DNA from: an uncultured Gammaproteobacteria bacterium
GTDB lineage: Bacteria > Patescibacteriota > Microgenomatia > JAMCZE01
DNA length: 64,000 bases
Assembly (NCBI GenBank): GCA_964576435.1
Contig: CAZNUP010000002.1
Coordinates: 42,112-106,111 of the forward strand
Reading direction: 5' to 3'
The notes under the pieces: generated by a model
The model's database searches: none
What the model was told of the DNA's origin: nothing
The model's input: the letters and a program-made list of their open reading frames with translations, nothing else
Shown here: positions 24,018 through 33,312 of the stretch, in pieces
How the letters are laid out: every line of letters begins with the position of its first letter
How positions within the stretch are numbered: the stretch's first letter is position 1
Position numbers and translations under genes: made by a program

Positions 24018-26375
24018 ATGGACAAGAAATATAATCCAGCAGAAATTGAGCCTAAATGGCAGGAAGTCTGGGAGAGGGAAAAGCTTTACCAAACCCCAGA
24101 TAGACCTGAAAAGAAAAAATATGTTCTTGATATGTTTCCTTATCCATCAGGGGCAGGACTCCACGTGGGACATATTGAAGGATACACAGGGACTGATATC
24201 ATCTCCAGGTTTTTACGTATGAACGGGCATGGAGTTTTACATCCCATGGGGTGGGATGCGTTTGGGCTGCCTGCTGAAAACTATGCTATTAAGAAGGGAA
24301 TCGAGCCAAATAAGTCGACTCATGACAATATAGCTAACTTTAAGGAGCAAATTAATAGAGCTGGTTTATCTTATGATTGGGACCGGGAAATAGATTCAAG
24401 TAGCCCTAACTACTATAAATATACACAGTGGATCTTTATTCAGCTATTTAAGAATGGTTTAGCTTATAAAAAGAAGGCGCCGGCTAATTGGTGCCCTAAA
24501 GACGAAACTGTGCTTGCCAACGAACAGGTGATTGATGGGAAGTGTGAGAGATGTGGAAGTGAAGTTATTCAGAAAGATTTGGAACAGTGGTTTTTTAAGA
24601 TAACTGACTATGCTGATAGGTTAATAGATGGTTTGATGTATATCGACTGGCCTAAATCAACCAAAATGCAGCAGGAAAACTGGATTGGAAGAAAAGAAGG
24701 GGCAAATATAAAGTTTGGAGATATTAGTGTTTTTACAACTAGACCAGATACAATTTTTGGAGCGACGGCTTTGGTGCTTGCGCCTGAGCATGAAGTGTCT
24801 AAAAAGTTAGCATTGGAGAATAAAAAAGTTTCTGATTATATTTCTTCAGTTAAAAACGAGACACAAATTCAGAGGGAATCGTTGAATAAGGAGAAGACTG
24901 GAATTGATACCGGACTTAAAGTCGTCAATCCGGCAAATGGGGAGGAGATTGCTGTTTGGATTTCTGACTATGTTTTATCTGGAACTGGAACTGGAGCTAT
25001 TATGGCGGTTCCATATCTTGATGAACGAGATAGACAGTTTGCTTTGAAGTTTAATTTGCCAATTAAAGAAATTGAAGTTGACCCTTCGATATTTGGGAAA
25101 CTAGTTGAAAAGGGAGTAGCTTCAAAGCAAGTGAATTATCATCTTAGAGATTGGTTAGTTTCAAGACAAAGGTATTGGGGGGCACCTATTCCAATGATTG
25201 TTTGCGAAAAATGTGGGTGGCAGCCAGTTCCCGAGGAAAATTTACCGGTACTTTTGCCAACAGATGTTGATTTTCAGCCACACGGGGAGTCACCAATTGC
25301 AAGATCAGAGAGCTTTCAAAAAGATGTGGTTTGCCCAAAATGTGGAGGTAGTGCCAAACGAGAAGTAGACACAATGGATACCTTTGTTGATTCCTCGTGG
25401 TATTTTTGGGCATTTACGTTTGCAAATAAAGAACTGATGAGAGATTCTAAATTGGAGAAAAAAGGTGCTGAGAATGTATTTAGTGAGTTTAGAGAAGAAA
25501 TTAAAACTTGGACTCCTGTGGACTTTTATGTAGGTGGAGCTGAGCATACGGTTTTGCATCTTATGTACTCGAGATTCTTCTGGAAAGCATTTATGGATTT
25601 TGGTTTTTTTGATAAATCCTTAGGTGAAGAACCGTTTTTGAAGCTTAGACATCCTGGAACAGTTCTTGGGGAAGATTCACGCAAGATGTCTAAGAGGTGG
25701 GGAAATGTAATTAACCCAACAGATGTAGCTAATCAATATGGGGCTGACACTTTAAGGGTTTATGAGATGTTCATGGGACCATTTGATGCCACTAAACCTT
25801 GGAATACCAAAAGTGTTGCCGGGGTTCACAGGTTTTTGACAAAGATTTTTAAGCTTTTTAATGAAAGCGATATGGAAGTTCCCGCGACTGAAGAGTCAAA
25901 TAGAGCCTTGAATAAGCTTATTTCTAAAGTAACCGCTGATATTTCAGAACTTCACTTTAATACGTGTGTTTCTTCGATGATGGAATTTATGAATTTTGTC
26001 CAAGAAGAGAAAAATATTGGAAAAGATGTCTGGATGAAGTTTTTACTTGTTCTGGCGCCTTTTGCACCATATTTGACTGAAGAACTATATCAAACAATGT
26101 CTGAAAAAAGTCGAGGCAAAAACGAAAAATTTGAGTCAATTCATAAGCAGTCATGGCCTGTGATTGATAACAAATATTTAGTTGATTCTAAAGCCAAAGT
26201 AGCTGTTTCAATAAACGGCAAAACCAGGGGAGTTTTGGAAATTGAGGGCGGAATATCTCAAGAGAAAATTGTTGAAAAGGCAAAGTTAGACGAAAAGATA
26301 TGTAAATATTTGGATAATACCGAAATTAAGAAAGTGGTGTATGTCCCTGGGAAGATTTTGAATTTCGTGGTTTAG
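24018..26375 (+). CDS. leuS: Leucine--tRNA ligase
   Basis: A 785-aa protein with a HIGH motif (PYPSGAGLHVGH), KMSKS (KMSKRWGN) and LeuRS-specific editing/insertion domains. Confidence 0.92.
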   Translation: MDKKYNPAEIEPKWQEVWEREKLYQTPDRPEKKKYVLDMFPYPSGAGLHVGHIEGYTGTDIISRFLRMNGHGVLHPMGWDAFGLPAENYAIKKGIEPNKSTHDNIANFKEQINRAGLSYDWDREIDSSSPNYYKYTQWIFIQLFKNGLAYKKKAPANWCPKDETVLANEQVIDGKCERCGSEVIQKDLEQWFFKITDYADRLIDGLMYIDWPKSTKMQQENWIGRKEGANIKFGDISVFTTRPDTIFGATALVLAPEHEVSKKLALENKKVSDYISSVKNETQIQRESLNKEKTGIDTGLKVVNPANGEEIAVWISDYVLSGTGTGAIMAVPYLDERDRQFALKFNLPIKEIEVDPSIFGKLVEKGVASKQVNYHLRDWLVSRQRYWGAPIPMIVCEKCGWQPVPEENLPVLLPTDVDFQPHGESPIARSESFQKDVVCPKCGGSAKREVDTMDTFVDSSWYFWAFTFANKELMRDSKLEKKGAENVFSEFREEIKTWTPVDFYVGGAEHTVLHLMYSRFFWKAFMDFGFFDKSLGEEPFLKLRHPGTVLGEDSRKMSKRWGNVINPTDVANQYGADTLRVYEMFMGPFDATKPWNTKSVAGVHRFLTKIFKLFNESDMEVPATEESNRALNKLISKVTADISELHFNTCVSSMMEFMNFVQEEKNIGKDVWMKFLLVLAPFAPYLTEELYQTMSEKSRGKNEKFESIHKQSWPVIDNKYLVDSKAKVAVSINGKTRGVLEIEGGISQEKIVEKAKLDEKICKYLDNTEIKKVVYVPGKILNFVV

Positions 26376-26604
26376 GTTTCCCGAAAAATTGTTCTTCCCG
26401 TCTTCGTGATAGCCAGCCTTCTAATTCTTTTCGATCCTTTCTCGATGAAGTGAGGATTTGCCTTTGCACTGCTTTTCCAAGGAGCCGTCGATTTATTGTA
26501 ACCCCTTTTTCCCTTCCCATCTCTAATTCATTTTCAGTTTCTCCTGTGCTCATAGTTCTAGGGTTTATTTTAGCATATCCTATAAATATATTATAGTTTA
26601 ATTC

Positions 26605-26632
26605 TTGACAAAGATTTTTAAAGTGTAAACAT
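26605..26632 (+). promoter_or_regulatory. Putative promoter (TTGACA ... TGTAAACAT) giving a very short or leaderless comEA transcript
   Basis: TTGACA is at 26605-26610, with a TG-TAAACA element 15 nt downstream and the ATG at 26639. Confidence 0.25.
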
Positions 26633-26638
26633 AAAAAT

Positions 26639-27286
26639 ATGAGTTATCCACAGGATGTTGATAAAAATAATGACCTTCAATTTGCGACGCCATGGCGTCG
26701 TTTTTTACCATTCATTGTGGGTGGAGTGGGTGTGGTTTTGATTGGTGCAGGAATATTTGTAAATATGTGGAAACAGCAAGAAAGTGAAAGTGTGGAAACA
26801 AGTGAAGATGTTTCACCACAAGCTACTGAATTTGTGAAAGGCGTGAATAATGTGAAGATTATTAAAGTTGATATTTCTGGCGCCGTCATAAAACCTGGAC
26901 TCGTTGAAATACCAGCTGATTCCCGCGTTCAAGATGTGCTCATTTCCGCAGGTGGGATTGATGCGAAAGCTGACCGAAACTATATATCAAGATCTATCAA
27001 TCTCGCTCAGCCAGTTCAAGATGGAATGAAAATATATATTCCATTTGAAGGTGAGTCTGTTAGTGCCAATACAGAGTCAGGTGGAGGTGCGGGAGGACAG
27101 AGTAGTAGTTTTAATATTAATAGTGCGTCACAGGCTAAGCTTGAAGAACTTCCTGGTGTTGGACCTGTTACAGCTAAGAAGATTATCGATGGACGGCCCT
27201 ATGGTGACGTATCTGAACTTAGTACTAAGAAGGTTGTGTCGAAGGCGGTGTTTGACAAAATTAAAGACCAAGTGGCTACATATTAA
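26639..27286 (+). CDS. comEA: Competence protein ComEA (helix-hairpin-helix DNA-binding/uptake protein)
   Basis: It has an N-terminal TM helix and a C-terminal LEELPGVGPVTAKKIIDGRPYGDVSEL HhH motif. Confidence 0.75.
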   Translation: MSYPQDVDKNNDLQFATPWRRFLPFIVGGVGVVLIGAGIFVNMWKQQESESVETSEDVSPQATEFVKGVNNVKIIKVDISGAVIKPGLVEIPADSRVQDVLISAGGIDAKADRNYISRSINLAQPVQDGMKIYIPFEGESVSANTESGGGAGGQSSSFNINSASQAKLEELPGVGPVTAKKIIDGRPYGDVSELSTKKVVSKAVFDKIKDQVATY

Positions 27287-28459
27287 ATGCTCAAAATATA
27301 TCTGATCCTCTTATGCTTACTCTTAATTCGAGTTTATACCTTTAATAACTTTAACTTCAGTAATAGCGACACTCAGGATATTAGGGGCAGGTTGACCTCT
27401 GAACCCACCGTTTATAAGGGTAACTATATATTAGATGTCGAAGGCAAGAGAGTTTATGTGACTATTAATAATATATATCACTATGGTGACTATGTAGTCA
27501 TAAGAGATCATGAAGCGACCAAAATTCGAACTGGCCAACCTCAAAGTAATATTTTTCTAACATTCAGACAATCTGTGCAAAAGGTTTATAAAACAATTCT
27601 TCGACCTAGAGAGGCAGACATAATTTCTGGAATGGTTCTTGGAGCTGATGATATGGGAGACAAGTTAAAAAATGAGATGGCAAATGCTGGTTTGATACAT
27701 TTAGTAGTAGCATCAGGTATGAACCTTACTTTGGTAGGTGGATTTGTATTTGCTCTTTTCACTGGCCTTCACTTACATCGACGCTCGGTTGTACTGATAG
27801 CTAGTGGTGCGGTAATTTGTTACGCTGCAGTAGCTGGATTTAACCCACCTATTGTCCGGGCCTTGATCATGTTTGAAGCAGTCATGCTGGGAGGACTGGT
27901 GGGTCGAAAGAGTGGTGGCCTATTTGCATTAATAGCAGCAGGATATTTAATGTTATGGGTTAATCCATCACTTACGACAAGCTATTCATTTTTATTGTCT
28001 TTTGCTTCTATGATGGGGCAGATTTTCCTTAGCACTATCAAACTTTCTTTGCCAGCAGTCATTGAAGCCTGTGTCCTTGTAGTTTTACAGAATTTATTGG
28101 CTTTAGTGTTTACAGCACCCATTATTTTGATTGGATTCAGTCGTTTTTCACCGATTTCCATAATTTCTAACCTCTTTATCACTTGGATGGTTGAGCCTCT
28201 AATGATAGTAGGGGGCTTTGCGGGAATTATTGGACTTGGATCGATGGAACTTGCTAGATTCCTACTTATACCAGTCAGTTTATTATTAGAATTTTTCCTT
28301 TTTATTGTTGATGTGTTTGGGGGGAGTGAAAAATATGTCGTCCATGTTGAGGGATTTAATATCTTTATAGCAATTGGTTACTATTTGCTTCTTGGGGCAT
28401 CAATATATAAAATACGGCATCATGGCGAAGAAAACAGTTCAAACACAAATGCCAATTAA
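27287..28459 (+). CDS. comEC: ComEC/Rec2-family competence channel protein (short form, no beta-lactamase domain)
   Basis: Polytopic membrane protein that follows comEA. It has the ComEC DUF4131 / competence-domain-like hydrophobic profile. Confidence 0.55.
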   Translation: MLKIYLILLCLLLIRVYTFNNFNFSNSDTQDIRGRLTSEPTVYKGNYILDVEGKRVYVTINNIYHYGDYVVIRDHEATKIRTGQPQSNIFLTFRQSVQKVYKTILRPREADIISGMVLGADDMGDKLKNEMANAGLIHLVVASGMNLTLVGGFVFALFTGLHLHRRSVVLIASGAVICYAAVAGFNPPIVRALIMFEAVMLGGLVGRKSGGLFALIAAGYLMLWVNPSLTTSYSFLLSFASMMGQIFLSTIKLSLPAVIEACVLVVLQNLLALVFTAPIILIGFSRFSPISIISNLFITWMVEPLMIVGGFAGIIGLGSMELARFLLIPVSLLLEFFLFIVDVFGGSEKYVVHVEGFNIFIAIGYYLLLGASIYKIRHHGEENSSNTNAN

Positions 28460-29504
28460 GGATATTTTAGTAATGGCTGCGGCTGGGCTAATTGTTATTC
28501 TAGGGCTTAGATATATTGCTGCTGATTTGGTAGCACCACTTTTGGTTGCTTTCTTTTTGACGGCAATTTTTAGGCCCTTTTTTAATTTTTTCAGGAATAA
28601 AGGGTTGGGTCGGGGGTTGTCTATGTTTTTAATGGTTGGATCGGTCGCACTTGGGTGTATAGCCACCTTTCTTTTAATTACATGGTCTGTAGACGTTCTC
28701 AGACAGTCATTGTCTCAATATACGGCTGGATTTAATCAGGCTCTTTCTGAGATGAAAGCGGGATCAGAGTTTTCTAGCTTTAACCCTCAGGTGACATTTG
28801 GTTTTCTTCTTGCAATTCTTAGTAATATTGGATATTTAGTGTTGTACTTCTTTATTGTGCCGCTTCTTGCCATCCTGGTTCTTTTACAGCTTGATTCGAT
28901 GCCAAAGGAGACACTTAATCAAATTGTTGCTAACTCTGGAATTGCAGCTCGAATGAGTCGGGTTTCTGAGGCTATGGTTCGCTATGTTGGAGGAAGACTT
29001 AAGGTAAATATAATTTGCGCCTCTCTTTATACGGTTGTGTTTATATTTTTTGGAGTAGATTTTGCATTCCTGTGGGGATTTATGGCAATTATCTTAGGGT
29101 TTGTACCTTATATTGGATTCTTCCTTAGTGGACTTTTCCCAACTCTTATGGCATTTTCCCAGTATGGCCCAGTGGTAGCTTTGATGGTTTTAGGTTCAAT
29201 TCTTTTAATCGCATTCTTTGGAGAAAATGTTATTGATCCTAAAGTTCAAGGACAAAGGAATAAGATTTCGACTGCATCTATGGTGGTCGCTTTAGTATTT
29301 TGGACATGGCTTCTTGGAGCAGTTGGAGCCATTTTGTCGGCTCCCTTAACATTTCTAATTAAGACTATCCTTGCTGATTACCCTGAAACTAGATGGGTGA
29401 GCCAGTTTATGGAAGGTGACTACGCGGCATCTAAGAAAGCAATGAAGAAGTCGAACATTGGAACTAAGCTTAAATCATTTATTCCTTTTAAGAAAAAAGC
29501 TTAA
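28422..29504 (+). CDS. AI-2E family transporter (UPF0118 / PerM-like permease)
   Basis: Polytopic membrane protein whose length and hydrophobic pattern are typical of the AI-2E family. The ATG at 28422 overlaps the comEC end; the ORF track's alternative start is 28374. Confidence 0.55.
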   Translation: MAKKTVQTQMPIKDILVMAAAGLIVILGLRYIAADLVAPLLVAFFLTAIFRPFFNFFRNKGLGRGLSMFLMVGSVALGCIATFLLITWSVDVLRQSLSQYTAGFNQALSEMKAGSEFSSFNPQVTFGFLLAILSNIGYLVLYFFIVPLLAILVLLQLDSMPKETLNQIVANSGIAARMSRVSEAMVRYVGGRLKVNIICASLYTVVFIFFGVDFAFLWGFMAIILGFVPYIGFFLSGLFPTLMAFSQYGPVVALMVLGSILLIAFFGENVIDPKVQGQRNKISTASMVVALVFWTWLLGAVGAILSAPLTFLIKTILADYPETRWVSQFMEGDYAASKKAMKKSNIGTKLKSFIPFKKKA

Positions 29505-29825
29505 GCAGGCGCTAACAATTGAAAGGACAACTGCTCCAAGAACGGCTGGTATAAAACCATCCACTGTGAATCCTGGGACAAACCAAGCGGCTAGAAGAAG
29601 CATAAGGCCGTTTACAATTAAGGCAAAGATACCAAAGGTGATAATTGAAATTGGAAGAGCAATTAGTTGGACAATGGGTCTTATGAGAGCGTTAACTAGG
29701 CCGACCACAATCGCAGCAATTGCTAGGGTTTGAAAATTGTCCACAGAAATACCTGGGATGATCATGGTGATTAGCCAGAGGGCGACCGCATTAATTAAGA
29801 AGGAAACAAGCAGTGAAACAATCAT
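29475..29825 (-). CDS. Phage holin family 4 / DUF360 small membrane protein
   Basis: A 116-aa protein with 3-4 TM segments. LINAVALWLITMIIPGISVDNF...LVNALIRPIV...FVPGFTVDGF matches the Phage_holin_4_2 (YvlD-like) pattern. Confidence 0.65.
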   Translation of the reverse strand: MIVSLLVSFLINAVALWLITMIIPGISVDNFQTLAIAAIVVGLVNALIRPIVQLIALPISIITFGIFALIVNGLMLLLAAWFVPGFTVDGFIPAVLGAVVLSIVSACLSFFLKRNK

Positions 29826-30355
29826 TATTTGTCGAGATATTCCTTGTACTTTAGTGAATAGACCATTTCAGAAAGACCAGTAATTACGATAAAGAGACCG
29901 AACATAATGACTACTAGGCTGACTGTGAACTGTGGAAAAGATAGAAGTGCAAAGCCAACTAAGATTTTGAAGAGACTACTAAAGAGTGTTGAATGGTTGA
30001 CATCGTGATCGTGTTTCGAGAAAACAACCTTTACAACTCCAATTATACCTACTGCAATTGCCCAAATGGCAAACAGTAGGAAGATAACTTCTAACGTTAC
30101 TTGTGGCCAAGACATGATTAAGATTGATGCAACTAAGCCAATGATACCTTCAAAGACTAGAATTCCTGTAGTGCCGTTTTTATCACCTGGCCAGAAGGCG
30201 GCAATAATTAAGAGAACCGATTCAAATAAAAGAAAAGCTCCAACAAACCAAGTCAAAAGCACTAGGGTTTTACCTGGAAGAAGAATGGCAACAAGGCCAA
30301 GAGCAAGTGCAATTAAACCTTGAAGAAAAACTAAGAGCCAGTAGTGTTTTTTCAT
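29825..30355 (-). CDS. HdeD-family (DUF308) membrane protein
   Basis: Repeated GxxxIxxGxxxL hydrophobic helical hairpins. It is a tandem paralogue of the next gene. Confidence 0.55.
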   Translation of the reverse strand: MKKHYWLLVFLQGLIALALGLVAILLPGKTLVLLTWFVGAFLLFESVLLIIAAFWPGDKNGTTGILVFEGIIGLVASILIMSWPQVTLEVIFLLFAIWAIAVGIIGVVKVVFSKHDHDVNHSTLFSSLFKILVGFALLSFPQFTVSLVVIMFGLFIVITGLSEMVYSLKYKEYLDK

Positions 30356-30900
30356 TTAGAATCTTTAAGAGCAAATGAAGCGATGATTGCAGAGATTCCA
30401 CCAATCATTGCTACAAAGGCGAGCACCCAGATTAGTGCGGCGGCATCGGCAATCATTGGTCCACCAAGAAGCATTAGACCTAATATGACGTAGAAGATTC
30501 CAAGAATTAGACCACCCCATGTCCATTTGTGGTCTTTTCCTAGGAAAATGTGAGTAAATCCACTAAAGATAAAGGCGAATGCTACAAAATAGACTAAGAA
30601 TGTAACTGTAAAGACTGTTGAGACTACTGGATTATTGATGATAACTAAACCAGCAATGATTCCAATAACACCACTTGCCAGTTCCCAACCTCTACTTTTT
30701 TCGCCAGTCTTATTAAAGATAGCAAGAATTACGTCAACACTCCCGGCTATTAACCAATAGAGTCCAAGTAGAGTTACTAATGCGAGCGTTGTTAGAGCTG
30801 GAGTAGTTAAAAGGTACCAACCAATAAAGATAAGAAGAACGCCTTGGATAATACCTAGCCACCAATATGGATTTCCCGATTCAACTTTATTTTCAGCCAT
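30352..30900 (-). CDS. HdeD-family (DUF308) membrane protein
   Basis: Same architecture as the adjacent gene, with a 4-nt overlap. Confidence 0.55.
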   Translation of the reverse strand: MAENKVESGNPYWWLGIIQGVLLIFIGWYLLTTPALTTLALVTLLGLYWLIAGSVDVILAIFNKTGEKSRGWELASGVIGIIAGLVIINNPVVSTVFTVTFLVYFVAFAFIFSGFTHIFLGKDHKWTWGGLILGIFYVILGLMLLGGPMIADAAALIWVLAFVAMIGGISAIIASFALKDSK

Positions 30901-30986
30901 GATCTAGATTTATCACCCAGTAAATTTGATGTCAAGGGGTAAATTGGTCCATTTACAATTTTCTTACTTACTGATAAAACTGAAAT

Positions 30987-31865
30987 ATGGCTAAGAGTTC
31001 TGAAAAAGAAGTGAAGACAACACAAACAGTAAGTCCCCAGGGTAATTCTATGGTCGGACCATTATTGCTTTTGTTGGTAGCGGTAGTTTTTGCTTGGTTT
31101 AGTATTACTTCTGCTTGGATTACAAGGACAATTTTCAACCAACAAGTTTTTGTATCAACTGTAACGGCAGCTTTGCAAACTCCAGAATCACGACAAGCAA
31201 TTTCCGAATCAGTTGTTAATAGAGTGCTTGCTGATTACCCAATAATTAGAAGAGCAGTTGGTCCAACGCTTGTTAATACGGTGTCTGGAGTTTTAGCTTC
31301 TCCTCAATTCCAACCAGTTTATGAGAAAGCAGCACAACAAGTGTTCATTCAAATGACAACTGCAAATCCACAAGAAGTATCACTCGATATTAAATCAGCA
31401 ACAGATTTTGCAGCCCCTATTATTGATAGGCTTGATCCACAACTTGGAGCAAGACTTGCCAATGTTCCAGATAAGATTGTGATTATCGGAAAGGGTGAAA
31501 TTCCATCAATTTATGATTTTGGAGCAAAAATTTCTTTCTGGGGACCAGTTCTTGGTTTAGTATCGATTATCATTTTTGGGTTCCTTATGTGGAAAGCTAA
31601 AGGAATGGAAATGAGAGTTAAGCTGGTTGTTTGGACAGCAGTATATTTTGCAGCAATTGCATTCCTTATCTATTTCCTAATTCCATCTCTTGAGATGAGA
31701 GTGATGGCACAGATTAGTAATCAAGCGGCTGTAACAGTTATTAGTCAGCTCTTTGAAACAATGACCGCAAGCTTTATTCAGATGGTGATGTGGATTTTCT
31801 ATGTAAGCATTGCAATAATAATTGGTGGCTTTGCTTTCCTTAAACTTGCTCCAAGAAGAGGATAA
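30987..31865 (+). CDS. Hypothetical membrane protein
   Basis: One N-terminal TM helix plus three C-terminal TM helices; no recognisable motif. Confidence 0.5.
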   Translation: MAKSSEKEVKTTQTVSPQGNSMVGPLLLLLVAVVFAWFSITSAWITRTIFNQQVFVSTVTAALQTPESRQAISESVVNRVLADYPIIRRAVGPTLVNTVSGVLASPQFQPVYEKAAQQVFIQMTTANPQEVSLDIKSATDFAAPIIDRLDPQLGARLANVPDKIVIIGKGEIPSIYDFGAKISFWGPVLGLVSIIIFGFLMWKAKGMEMRVKLVVWTAVYFAAIAFLIYFLIPSLEMRVMAQISNQAAVTVISQLFETMTASFIQMVMWIFYVSIAIIIGGFAFLKLAPRRG

Positions 31866-31900
31866 AATGACAAAATATTTATCTCATAGTATAATGTACT

Positions 31901-33085
31901 ATGGGAAAAAAGAAGGAACAACCTCGTAAGAAAAATACAGCAGCGGAAAGATTTCGTCAGATATTAATTGGAGCGGGAATCGCCATTGGCCTTTTAGGTA
32001 TTGGGGCGGCGGCCCATTTTTCTATAAACAACTCCAAGGCCAATAACATTCCAGAATTCGTAGACGGTGAAGGAAAAACTGAACAGCTTTTAAATGGCCG
32101 TAGATTGAGTTTCGGAAAGATTTTATCGGATCAAGATTTAGTTCTTCAAATCGATAAGTCAGCTGAAGATGGATTATTAGATCAATCTGAAGCCGACCAG
32201 ATTGTTCGCACGGCTATTTATAATTCAATTATTTATTACAGTGGCGATAAATCTATTGCTGACAAACGTCTTGGAAATTTAGCATGGACAGATGATATAG
32301 AATCTGCCTGTATGGGTAGGCCTCTAGCTTGTGTTGTTAATACTAAACAAGGCCTTAGTATCCAAGTTGATCAAAAGTACTACGAACAATATAAACATGA
32401 TCCTAAATGGCTCGCAATTACTCTAGCTAATGCAGCTAGTCATGAGGCGTTTCATGACTTGCCACCTGTTTTAGTGGGCCAGATGGAAGAAGATTATGGG
32501 GTTTTGGGCAGATGTAAAAGGGAGGGGTTTTTCAAAGGTTTTTGGTCAGAGTTTGATGATTGTTCAGGTTTGGCGGCTGATTTAATGCATAAGACTATTG
32601 TGGATAATGGTAGGTTTGGGGTTGTGATTACAGTAGAGGAATTCGTGGCAGAAGCTGGCAGATTTAGTTATATGCTTCATTTGGCCAAAGGGAATACTCA
32701 ATCCGAACTAATAGCTCGCTCCGGATACTATATGGATCAATCTCTTGTCAATACTTTCTATCCAAATCAATCGGCAGATTCAGATTGGAAAAATTTTTGG
32801 AATGAAAAACTAGAAATTGATTCAATAACGAAATATTATTTGAGTTCATACCAAAGGGCTGACTTTTTTGTTGGCTTAGGGCATGCGATTGCCTCGAAGA
32901 ACCAATATCCTACCAACCTATCTGAAGAAAATTATGCAGCCTTGGGACTTGTAGGAGGTACTAGTTATTTCGACTATGAACTTGATCAATATGCTACTTT
33001 AACTAGATTGACTTCCGAACCAATTACACCTGATCTCATTAGTCAGATTGCCCAAGGGCTTAAACTTAGGAAACAAGGCAACTAA
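31901..33085 (+). CDS. Hypothetical membrane-anchored protein with an HExxH motif
   Basis: Lys-rich N-terminus, one TM helix (ILIGAGIAIGLLGIGAAAHF), then an exposed domain containing ANAASHEAFHDL (HExxH). Confidence 0.5.
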   Translation: MGKKKEQPRKKNTAAERFRQILIGAGIAIGLLGIGAAAHFSINNSKANNIPEFVDGEGKTEQLLNGRRLSFGKILSDQDLVLQIDKSAEDGLLDQSEADQIVRTAIYNSIIYYSGDKSIADKRLGNLAWTDDIESACMGRPLACVVNTKQGLSIQVDQKYYEQYKHDPKWLAITLANAASHEAFHDLPPVLVGQMEEDYGVLGRCKREGFFKGFWSEFDDCSGLAADLMHKTIVDNGRFGVVITVEEFVAEAGRFSYMLHLAKGNTQSELIARSGYYMDQSLVNTFYPNQSADSDWKNFWNEKLEIDSITKYYLSSYQRADFFVGLGHAIASKNQYPTNLSEENYAALGLVGGTSYFDYELDQYATLTRLTSEPITPDLISQIAQGLKLRKQGN

Positions 33086-33100
33086 CCTTTGTTTCAAAGG

Positions 33101-33312
33101 CTTTGTGTTAAAATAAATTAGGTTAATTTCGCTGTGAGGTGTTAGAAACACTGAGCGAGTGGGAAGAAAGTAGAAATACAAGTACCACCAGGAAGAGAGA
33201 CTTCCAGAGATAAAAATAAGTGTGGCACCGTGGTTACTTTACACCACCACTTTATAAGATTATCCTTGATGTAGGATAACTTAATAAGTTGGTGGTTTTT
33301 TATTTTTAATTT
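33101..33312 (+). promoter_or_regulatory. Promoter (extended -10 TGTGTTAAAAT) plus T-box-like leader for argS, ending in a terminator hairpin and U-run
   Basis: AAAUAAGUGUGGCACCGUGG at 33214-33233 resembles the T-box motif. A hairpin CCACCACUU...AAGUUGGUGG at 33244-33295 is followed by UUUUUUAUUUUU immediately before the ATG. A GGAAG-AGAGA-CUUCC hairpin at 33191-33205 sits upstream. Confidence 0.4.

Noticed and set aside
26326-26553. Minus-strand 75-aa ORF in the leuS-comEA intergenic region
   Set aside because: It overlaps the 3' end of leuS and has no SD or motif; it is probably non-coding intergenic sequence.
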